A DNA stretch of 63,582 bases, counting the filler, from Sphacelaria rigidula (taxonomy: Eukaryota), in NCBI GenBank assembly GCA_964200075.2. It is 7 parts of 7 records of this genome, joined end to end, with 100 filler letters (N's around TTAATTAATTAA, not from the genome) between each part and the next. Parts side by side here need not be neighbours in the genome. Positions count along the whole stretch, not along the records: positions 36,393 to 45,389 come from CAXNAA020009562.1; positions 45,490 to 54,486 come from CAXNAA020009563.1; positions 54,587 to 63,582 come from CAXNAA020009564.1; 4 more parts are not named here. One strand, written 5' to 3'. The stretch's first letter is position 1, and the number at the start of each line of letters is the position of its first letter. Positions 44,550 to 54,640 of this stretch are shown piece by piece. The translations under genes were made by a program, and so were the position numbers. The notes under the pieces were generated by a model. The model did no database searches and had not been told where the DNA came from. It saw only the letters and a list, made by a program, of their open reading frames with translations.

Positions 44550-44806
44550 ATCACGCCGTTATCAGGAAGAAGACCCTGAACGTTTGCACAATTATGCTAT
44601 AGGTCACACTACTTAACTTTCGAACATCGAGGTTTTTCTACTTGGTGATATATTTAGTCGTTTTTTGGAGCTCCCAGGGTTTGTGGGAAAGGATTCCGTG
44701 AGCGGTAAAAAGATCAAGTCAGAGAAACTCGTCCATTGAAAGTTGCGTAATGGCCCATGGCACATTTATCCAAAGCTTCAGGGTCCAGCTCCTGAAAACG
44801 GCGTAA
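44550..44806. repeat. Second copy of the foldback repeat at 9459-9721
   Basis: TCACGCCGTTATCAGGAAGAAGACCCTGAA ... TTCAGGGTCCAGCTCCTGAAAACGGCGT. The flank 44810-44905 matches the reverse complement of 9355-9455. Confidence 0.7.
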
Positions 44807-44919
44807 AGAGTTGCGCACTAGTGCGATGACGTCGTTTGAGACGTGCAAACTCCCAACTACTTAGTTTTAGTATAAAAACGTTTTCGGGTGTAGTTGACAT
44901 GAAAGCGAAAATAACTGTG

Positions 44920-45179
44920 GAGCAATGCCACAGTAGGGGAACACTTTTTGCGCGAAATATTGTCTAGCTCAGGGGGGCTCCTAACGATCCTAGATGCACA
45001 AGAACATGGGTCAGGGCATCCCCATTTACAAATGCATTCGGGATGTCCCCAGCACATTGAAATGGTAATCCTGGCGCACCTTTACATATTTTCATAAGTG
45101 GTGTTTTGCACGACATCAAGGGCTCCTCACAATTTAACCTCAGAAAACATGTGTGCACCCCCCTACCGCCACATCACTC
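44920..45179 (-). mobile_element. Second copy (inverted) of the Sola-like MITE, 4-bp TSD TGTG
   Basis: TGTG|GAGCAATGCCACAGTAGGGG ... CCCCTACCGCCACATCACTC|TGTG. The body is the reverse complement of 43695-43925. Confidence 0.8.
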
Positions 45180-45329
45180 TGTGTGAGGTTTTCGAGTTTC
45201 TCGACCAAACTTTGTACACATACGTTCCTTGGACTACCCCGGGAGGTATTTTTTCTTGGCGAGGGGGGGGGATACTGTACCGCCTCCCAAGGGTCTTCAC
45301 ACGGGGACCCTTAGAAGCTGGTGTAAACA

Positions 45330-45389
45330 GAGTGATGCTACGGTAGGGGTACAGAAATAATTTCTGAGATTCGAATTGTTAGGAGCCCC
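45330..45389 (+). mobile_element. Third Sola-like MITE copy, cut by the contig end
   Basis: GAGTGATGCTACGGTAGGGGTACAGAAATAATTTCTGAG matches the start of 43695. Confidence 0.75.
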
Positions 45390-45489
45390 NNNNNNNNNNN
45401 NNNNNNNNNNNNNNNNNNNNNNNNNNNNNNNNNTTAATTAATTAANNNNNNNNNNNNNNNNNNNNNNNNNNNNNNNNNNNNNNNNNNNN
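45390..45489. other. Artificial contig linker
   Basis: N44-TTAATTAATTAA-N44. Confidence 0.99.
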
Positions 45490-46599
45490 AAATGACTAAG
45501 GCAAGCAACAAATGAGTACGCCCCCCCCCCCCATCGTAGGATGACTCGGTGACAGGCTGGATACCTCTCCTGTATCCAGGTATGAGCGGTCGCTGTGAAG
45601 AGGGCATATCAATATCGAGTGCCAACTTACACTCTAAGTTCACGCAGCAGGCCTCGCACCTATGAAATCGAATTGGAAGCTGGTTCTCACTTTTAATAAG
45701 TTGACGATTCTCGCTCCTAGCTTTCACCCGTATTCACCGAATGCAATGTAGCGGTTGATGCTGAACGTCCCAGCAGAGAGTGACGGAGATGCGCGGGGGC
45801 AACACCTCACTTAGTCCTCAATATACAACCGGGAGGCGTGCGGCCTCCCGGGAACTGGGGAAACACAAGTCTGATTTGTGTGCCAACCCGCCCCAGGAAT
45901 CTGAGAGATCCCGTGTGTCTCTTCTCGTACAGAGATCCTGTACCTGTACAGTTCTCGTGACCTGCAGGTCCAGGGAAGAGATGTTATAAACGCCTCTCCA
46001 CCTCATGAAACTAGCCCACCCAGACGAGCTTTCATTACAGTTACGATGAGGAATCTCAAAGCAACGAAAATTAAGGCTTTTCTTCACTCGTAAAGTCATG
46101 AGTGGAAGAAAGACAAACCAAGAGAGACTCTTGGATCTCAAAAAGGAAAACAATAAAAACACAGACATGAATGGGGCAATGGCCAACCTTTTGCTCGATC
46201 CTCCCACACCTCAAACAAGAAAAGCAAAAGTTGCTTCTAAGAAGCGCAATTGAGCAATCGCACTTGAATGCGCAGGAGCACACAATTCTGCTGCGGCTAG
46301 TGATCAAAGGGAAGAACACACAATGCCATGACATGCTAGCTAGAAAAGAGGCAAACCGGGAAGGTACAGGGGATCGAGGGCTTCGCAGGGAAGACCAGGC
46401 TCGACGCCAAAAGGCAAATAACATGCAACAAATGCATGGTGGGATCCCAGCCCAAGGAAAACAGGAAATTAGCAAATCAAAGACCCAGAAGGGTCTAGCA
46501 CCAGCCATACAAAATGGATGAATACGAAGACTCCAGTAGGGGTGGACGAAGGTGCTCCAGAAAAGCTCCGATCATGGGCTGGTGGCGCTCCAAATTAGC

Positions 46600-47950
46600 T
46601 CCGTTAGAAGGGTATTGACAGTTGTGATATCGTGAGGAGGGCCGTACCTGAGCAGTGAAGGCAAATAAATGTCCCGAGAATGAAACTGGGAGGGAAGATG
46701 AATGTTGCGTTGGAGGCAGGAAACTGAGTGAAAGCTTAAGGCGATGCGTTGACGTCGTGGGGGCGATCGATATCGCGCTGGGTGCCTCGACGGAGGCCCT
46801 TGGACTTTAACCGTTGGAGGCACCAAGGAACTCGTGGCAATGATGGGCTGATGGTGTATGACGCTGGGCGAAGCTTGAGCTGCACGGGCCCAGGGTGATC
46901 GATCAAGCGGATGATGTATGTATGTACCCACCGCGAGGGGGTCGACTGACTGGATCTGACCCAAACACCAGAGGTTATCGCTGCTTTTGTACCAGAAATG
47001 GGCACCGTTAGGGAGCTCGCCCTATTTTGCGCGGATCTTTTCATCCCATTGCTTGGCAGGTACTAATTCGTAACCGCCAGCAACAAAGCGTGGCCTTTGT
47101 CCGATGAAGGTCGCGGGCTGCAGCGCCGCGACGCCTCTTGCGATATTTCTTGTTGTCAGCAAGATGATGCTGTGCGGGTTGCATCCAATAGAGGAGAATT
47201 GCACCGCGGTGCAACCGAAAGTCGGATTCGCGTTCCCAAAACGCTCTCCGAAGGCCTTGCCAGTGGGTCTTGTACATGACACGATTTTGCCTCCTCGTCC
47301 GCGAGTAATCTGGTGGCCAGAGATATGAGACACGGCCAGGTGGAGAGGTTGTTCGGTCACACCGTCGGAAGTAAGGTGATAAGGCGGTGACTTGGTCGAA
47401 TAGCTGTTGAGCACGTATTGTGTGAGGCCGGCAGGCAAATACTTCGGCACGTCACTGGTGTCATGCGGGTTCGTGCAAGGTTTGCGTCGGTGCACAGAGA
47501 CGCGGGATTCAGCGTCATGTCCCTAGAGGTCGCGAGAGAGGTCAATGTGAAGAATTTTGTCGCCAACAGGATTCCCATTAGTTGACTATGGCAAGGGGCC
47601 GATTGATAAAACCTTGAACGGTCCTGTCCAATCAAGGGACAATATTGTCTTCAAGGCTGTTCCGTTGGCGGCCCTGTCATCCCCTTGACGGATGGCCTAC
47701 AGACTGTTGTAAACCTAGATCTAATCGCCAACCTTCCAGGTGGGGCGTTTGTGCATCAAGTTGTAGAGAGCGGTGTTTGTTCTTTCAAGGCGCGAGGCGT
47801 TTATAGCGTGTTGCTCACGTACGGGAGTGAACGCCTTGCGCTGTCGCGCACGCGCGAGGTCATGATAGGACATCTGATCCTGGTCCAGGCGTTGGTGGCC
47901 ATCGAAGGTGTGTCTCTCGAACACGGTAATGGGCAAACGGAGGTAGCGCC
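46600..47950 (-). mobile_element. Gypsy element A: integrase C-terminus plus chromodomain-like region (decayed)
   Basis: PITVFER...LARARQRKA...WKVGD, a WTGPFKV-type GPY/F motif (about 47610-47630), and ISGHQITRGRGG...YKTHWQGLRRAFWERESD. Interrupted at 47951 by the LTR of element B. Confidence 0.75.
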
Positions 47951-48217
47951 TGTGACGCCAGCCAGAAGAAGAACTGGTGGATCACTGCTGTTGAGGGACT
48001 CCCAAGTCTCACTGGTCTCAGTTTCAGTTATAAGCCTTTACAGCATCTCATTATCAGGAATGCCCTTGTAGGCACAGTCTCCCAGACCCGCACAGTATCA
48101 TCCCCGTGCCCCCGGTCAATACCCAGAATCCTCCCAGAATCCTCCAGAATCCCCGTGCCCCCGGTCATTATCCAGATCGTCACTATCAACTCTACGTAAC
48201 GGCGTAATTTCGTCACA
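47951..48217 (-). repeat. 3' LTR of gypsy element B
   Basis: TGTGACG...CGTCACA inverted termini with PPT (minus strand GGGGG) adjacent at about 48221-48225. Homologous to 59988-60246. Confidence 0.9.
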
Positions 48218-51200
48218 GTGCCCCCAAAGCGCGTTGGACGAAAATCGATCAACAAGCTTGACACTCAGAATACGCCAAAACAATGAGCATGTCACAGTTG
48301 AATACGAAACTGACGCGTAATATAAGCATCAACGGCACAAGTCACGCGCAATTTACGCGACTCCTTCGTGAGAAATTCCGGAACAGCCTCAAAAAAATCC
48401 TTGCAAGGCTTCCACGTACGCTCCTCAACTTCGAAACCGACTCAGTCGACCTACACGATCAACGAACGATCGTTTGCTTCTGCCACTCGGACAATACCAG
48501 TCATCTGAAATTGCCCCTGATTGAAAGCGTGCTGGAACACGTCCTTGACGTCGGCCGTAACATTAAGCTGCGAGTCTTCATAAAAACGAAAACGAGCTAC
48601 ATGGGCGGTCTGAACACGACCAGAAACAATGTTCTGGATCTCAAACACGTGCGGGTGGTGAGCACCAACCACTCTCCACGGACCACTTCACGTCGGCATC
48701 AACTTGGGCGTAACGCCCGGACGACGTACGAAGACATAGTCGCCTACCTCAAAATTCGGCAGTTCCAACCCCGACAAGGATCCCTTACGCCACGCGCACG
48801 TTCAGCAGCAGCACGCTCCTGTACTTGAACGTGGGACCGTTCTTGCAAGTCCAAGACTCCCTGCCATGCACGCTCATTTTGACCATCATCCAAGACATCA
48901 CAATTCCATTTCCCCGCTGACGAAGACGACAACACCGAAAAAGACGTCCGAGGAGCACGACCAAACATCACGTGGTACGGCGTACTATCGTAACGACGAC
49001 GATACGCTGTATTGAGCGCCCATTGCATCGCAGGCAGCACGCCCACCCACCCGGAAACTGCTCTACGCTGCTCAAGAAGAGTAGAGCGAAGAGCACGAAC
49101 TACTTCCTTGACCATGCGTTCGCACGTACTGTTAAGCCACGGAGGATACGCCATAGAAAACTGGTGATCAACGTGCAAAGCCTCTCGCAATCGGGCCAAG
49201 ATTTCATCCTTGAATTGCGTGGCGGTATCACTCACCCACACACGCGCGGCACCCCAAAACTTTTGCGTCAATTTAGCAAAGGAGTAGCAGTCGATTCAGC
49301 AGTACACACTGCTACTGGTTCCAGAGACACGAAGTTGCTCAAATTATCCATGATTACCAAAATATATCGAAACCCAGTATCCTCCGACAAACCTTGGGAA
49401 GCTAGCGGGCCACTCTAGCCCACGTACAAGAAGTCAAAATGGACGACTTCGTTCGGCATGGCCTTCTATGGACCCTTTCACCGAGCGGGCGGGAAACAAC
49501 ATCGCCCGCCCTCGAGCCAGCTCAGTGAAGACACTGGCGGAAAAATTCGCGCACATGAGTTTCTTTCCCCTGTCAAACACCAAACTCTTGTAAGCGCACG
49601 AGCGTCGCAGCCACACCACGATGCCCGGCGTCGCGCATGTGCACGCATATCATCAGACGTACCTGCACCTGCTTGTCAGAGCTCGGAATCCACAAAGTGT
49701 TTCGGCCACGCACATCTACACGAAACAGAGCTTCATTGTCCATGATAGTAGTACGAACGTCCGACTCGAAGGGTTGCACATCCACATCTTCGGCCCCAAG
49801 TTCTTTCCGTTGCACTTGGCGGACAACAGATTTGGACGGCATCGAGTCTTCAGGTTCACACGGACCATATACAGCCACAGCGCGCACAGGCAAACCCGGA
49901 ACATTCAGCCAACGCGAAAGCAAGTCACCGCACGCATTACGGTCACCCGAAATATGGCAAATCGAGTAACGATACTGGTCAAGAATGTATTTTCAATCAT
50001 CCAAACGTTGTGCAAATGCCTTCGACACAGACGTAACGCGCGCTTCCGGGTTGAAAATATACACGAGATTTCGGTGATCTATAAAAATGTGCACGCCATC
50101 CCACAAAAGATGCTCCAAACGACAAAATGTGCTCACGATAGCAAAACCCTCCTTGTCAATTATGGCCCAGCGCAACTGCAAATCCTTGAAACTACCACTG
50201 AGGAAAGCCAGCGGTTCATGCGTCATATCCTCGACCGGCAAGCGTCGTTGCATTTCAACTTCAGGTACCTGCGTGACAGAACTACCCGAATGACACTCAG
50301 ATGCATCCGGGAAGATCAACACCTGACAATCAGGACGATAATGGAGCAGCGTCACGGCATGAGCCACCAGATCCTTCGCCGCCGCCCACGCCTGCAGCCT
50401 GCCCTCCGTCCGCGATGCAGGCGGAATAGCGTGGTTTTCTGCCACACGCTTCCTCCGCCTCGCGGCACCCGCCACGAGTTGTTCGAGGAACAAACGCAAG
50501 GGAGCTACGATTTCTGCCATACGCGGCAATGAGGTACGCAGACAATTCACGGCCTGAAGGAACTGCATGAGTTCTGCGGCCGTCTTCGGGCGCCGCATGT
50601 CAGACAAGCCTTCCAATCTGACAGGGTCACCAGATACGCGTCCGTGTGAGTACACTTTCCCACACCACACGAGTTCACTAGCAAAAGAGGTGCACTTATG
50701 CGCAGCCGAAAACAAACCAACACTCTCTAAACGAGCCAAGATAGCATCAAGCGTGCCTAAAAGTTCGTCTTCGTCCGTGTCCGCGAAAAAAAGCACATCA
50801 TGCACCCATATCTTGCATTTTAAGCCGACGAGAAGTTATGTCATAATGCCTTGAAAATATGCCGTGATATTCAGTACGCCTTGCGGCACTCGCTTCGGGG
50901 TAAGCAAGCCAAACGGAATCGTGGTTGTGAAGATTTCCTGCGCCTCCTCCGCCAACGACATCTGCCAGTAACTTCGGAGGAAGTCCGGCTTGCCAAAAAA
51001 ACGAGCACTTGACAAATAATGACAAATTGGAAAAGGTCCACTGACACTTCATCCGCTGACTGATGCGCCGCTAATCCTACTTAACACCACGGCTGTGCAA
51101 TCTACGCAGGCGAAGACGCCCCGGCAGGTTCAAACGGCACCGCCGACGGGTGCGATCCCCAGCCAGCAGACCAAACATTTGGCGAATCTCCGACCACCGC

Positions 51201-51590
51201 ATCAGCAGGCGTCGCGCCTGGCGCTGCTGCCGGCGTCGCCACCAACGCCACCTCCGGCGCCGGCGCAGTGTTCGACACTGTAGAGGTCAGTCCCACCTGC
51301 ACCGCACGTTGCGGAGCAGCAGCACCTACGGCGGCGCCGGAGCCAGAACCAGACCCATGCTGCTGCTGCTGCTGCTGCTGCTGAGAACTCGACTGCGACC
51401 CTCCACCGCCGGAGAATCCGCCGCCACCACCACCCCGATCACCTCGTACTTTGCCCCTGTGCTGACGATGCTGATGGCGCGCGTCATGAGACTACCCAGA
51501 CTCTCCAGCGGAAGACGTTGGGCAATCGCGCGCGTAATGGCCTACCTGGCCACAGCGGTGGCAGGTGATGGTCTCGGCGCGGCCGGCTGA
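47951..51590 (-). mobile_element. Gypsy element B: chromodomain-bearing, internally deleted and decayed
   Basis: RT (WVHDVLFF, AAHKC...LVWCGK), RNase H (IFPDASE, IIDKEGFAIV, IFIDHRNL), integrase (HMRDAGHRG, VHFDF, WVSDTATQF, NSTCER), chromodomain (VGFEVEERTW) and gag region with (CTG)8. No 5' LTR was seen. Confidence 0.9.
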
Positions 51591-52139
51591 TTTCGAGTTT
51601 TGTGTGAGGAAGGCGTGTCGCTAGAGTAGTCAGAGACCTACGGGGGGAAACTGCCGTCCTCGCGCCGAAGGAACTCCGAGGCTGGCGATGATTTCCTCTT
51701 GTATATGTAGGCAAGAAGTGGGGTCAGACTACGAGTGGTCGCCAGGGGCGACCAGGACCTTGGGGGATGTTGGACCGTCCTATGTTAGGCTCTTCCTGGC
51801 ATCCCCCCAAGTTGTCTAGTTACGTCGGCATTACAGGGTCCTCGGTGATCTCGTCCTTCCGGACCGTTCCCACCGTGTTCCTGCTTGTGCTAGTTCCTTA
51901 CACATGTGTGGCATCAGTCTCTGATATGTCACTGCAAACAGACATCCTCCACATTTCCCCCTCCTTTATGCGCCTCAAGCCCATCGAGGCTATGGCTGGT
52001 GGGACGAGGCGATCATCAGCTTCGCTGATGATATAATCATGGAGGTTTCTTTGAGTGACAATCATTGATTCAGTCACGCCACCACCTTTGGTCAGTAACA
52101 ATGGATGTATCCCAAACCCTCTATTCTTTTCTTTCTGTC

Positions 52140-52990
52140 ACGTAGCTGTCATATGTGACATGTTTTCATCAGATGTATTTGCACTTGAGTGCTGGTTGCA
52201 TCTGCTGGTATGACTGGGCACTGGGACACTGATCGGTCCACGGGCGCCTGGGTTATTCCTGCCAGGGTTCTGGGATGTCTTCAGTTCTGCGGACACCTGA
52301 GTAGGGTTAAGTCTCGGGTTAGTAACAAGGCGGTGTTGAAGATACATATATGTATATTGTTCTCCACCTAGGAGAATTGTGCTCTTTTGGCTAAATACCG
52401 TCAAATTGACCCTTGCTTCTTGTATTGTGTCACTAACTGTATCATGTGTGACACATTTTTCATGGGATGCTTATGCACTTTGGTGCAGGCTGCATCAGTT
52501 AGGTATACCTGGCTAGGCACTGGGACACAGACTGGTCCACGGGCGCTTGCGGTGTTCCTGCCCGGGTCCTGGGATGCCTTCGGTTTCACTGACATTGGAG
52601 TATAGGACAAAGTCCTCGCGTTACTACCAAAGCGGTGGGTCTGATGTTCATCTTGCGAGCATCGTGCTCTTTGGTGGAACATCGACATGTTCTTTGCTTC
52701 GTACGATCTTATGGCATCTAAGTCTGTCTGATGTGATCTATTCCCACAAGATGCGTTGCACTTTGGTGCTGGATGCATCTGCTGTTTCTACATGCTTGGG
52801 CACTGGGACACTGGTCGGTCAACGGGCGCCTGGGTTCTTCATGTTCGGGTTCTGGGATACCTTCGGTTCCGCTGACACCAAAACATGACAACGTCTTCGT
52901 GTTAGTAACAAAGCGGTGGATATGATGTTTCCGGCCTGTGAACATTGTGCTTTTTCGTCCCAACATTGTCAAAATGACTTTTGTCAGCAC
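52140..52990. repeat. Three direct repeats of about 290 bp, 3' of gypsy element C
   Basis: GGCACTGGGACAC(T/A)G...GGTC(C/A)ACGGGCGC at about 52217, 52516 and 52799. Confidence 0.85.
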
Positions 52991-53119
52991 TACCCCGATT
53001 ACTGAGACGTTACCTTCCTTGGGAAGTTACACTCCAGTCACCGTTGACATGCCAGATATTGTTTTGTTCATGTCTGCATTATTCTAACGTCGTTCTTCGT
53101 TTTCTTCTCTCGTGACTCT

Positions 53120-53520
53120 CCTTGATCTCCGAATTGTGACCCCGGGCTACTGCTCAACCCTTGAGCGTTTTGCCAGGACGCTCGAACAGTCTGTTGAACA
53201 GTCGCATCCGTTTCCGTTACCCGGTATATTCGGATTTCGACTCCGGATGTGAGCGCATTGCTCACCCGTTGTCATGACGGTATATATCGAGGAGGTGTCT
53301 ACCTTGTGGTGTTTCATCAGCTCGATAGGTTAGGTCAGCTGCTGGGCTGAGCTTTTGAGTCTCATTAATCTCCGAATTCTGACCTCAGGTTACTGTTCAA
53401 CCCTTGAGTGTTTTGCTAGGACGCTCGAACAGTCTGTTAAACAGTCACATCCGTTTTCGTTTCCCTGTATTTTTGGATTCCGAGTCCGGATTTGGGCATT
53501 CAGCTAACCTATTGTCAGAG
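53120..53520. repeat. Direct duplication of about 243-bp period
   Basis: ATCTCCGAATT.TGACC...CAACCCTTGAG.GTTTTGC.AGGACGCTCGAACAGTCTGTT at about 53125 and 53368. Confidence 0.8.
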
Positions 53521-54486
53521 TCCGGAGTCGGCGCTGTTTCTCGCGGTTGATATTTCTTCAAATGAGCGTGATGTACTGACATTTCTCTAGAGTTGTCGCG
53601 TATTCTGATTATTTACACAACCGGCGATCGTCTCTCGGTTATCATGACAGGTCCTCTGCATGATAACAACTGGAGTTCGGTTTTGGCCTTCCTGAGTCCT
53701 GGTATGGTGGGTACAAGTGTAACTTTTGACCGTGTTCGAACGTTGTGATAGATTTGAATTTGTTCTTGTTTTCTTGCTGTTCGCCCTTTCTCATAGGGCT
53801 TGTCTCGCAATTTCAAATCCAAACTGTAGGTTTTCTCGTGTTTCTTTGGAAAATTCTTCGGGCGTTGCTACTTGGCTCTCTTCAGGTATGCCGAGAATAA
53901 TGTCAATTGGTGATCTGGGCTGTCTTCCGAACAACCAAAAAATACGGTCTTTTGTACTGTATTGTGGTAAGAAGTGTTGTATGCCATTTGGACGAATGGA
54001 AGCATGGATACCCAGTTTTTGTTCCCGACTGACATATGCATAGCTAAGATCACGTGCATAGTGGATTGGGCTCGTTCTGACCCTGAATTACCTTGCGGGC
54101 GTAGCGGTGTCGTGCGAGTGTTATTGAAACCTAACTCCTGTTGCAGTGCGTATGTTAGTTTGTCCTCAAATTCCGCTCTTTAAGTCGAACGCAGCTTTCC
54201 CGGATGCCAAGCGCAGTAAAGACTCTGTCAAAAAGAGTCTTGGCTATATTGGTGTGGTCTGATTTTTCGGCACTGGACTGAGTAAAGCATACCTTGTGAG
54301 GTGGTTCAATACGGACAGTACGTATTTACCTAGTACTCCAACGTTTGACATCGACGTTGTTTTGCATTTGACTTGGTTTGCCGGCATTCTTTCATATAGC
54401 CGTCCTACCGGAACGTGTGCCATCAGCATATAACAGCCGATCCTAATTTTTGGGGTTGAAACAAAATATGAGGTTGAAGTCCCATC
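53520..54486 (-). mobile_element. Gypsy element C: integrase fragment
   Basis: GKYVLSVLNHLTRYALL, RPQGNSGSERA, NWVSMLPFVQMAYNTSYH, RGP. Truncated by the contig end. Confidence 0.85.
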
Positions 54487-54586
54487 NNNNNNNNNNNNNN
54501 NNNNNNNNNNNNNNNNNNNNNNNNNNNNNNTTAATTAATTAANNNNNNNNNNNNNNNNNNNNNNNNNNNNNNNNNNNNNNNNNNNN
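54487..54586. other. Artificial contig linker
   Basis: N44-TTAATTAATTAA-N44. Confidence 0.99.
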
Positions 54587-54640
54587 TTTCGAGCGACAAA
54601 TGGCCCAAAGTACCCCCCCCGCTATCGTAGGATGACTCAA

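Noticed and set aside
45330..45547. A single element spanning the linker at 45390-45489
   Set aside because: The flanks AACA and GGTG are not a TSD, the interiors differ, and the contigs are size-sorted rather than adjacent.
49621..50532. 303-aa plus-strand ORF and similar ORFs at 48283, 60820 and 61421
   Set aside because: Antisense shadows of gypsy pol.
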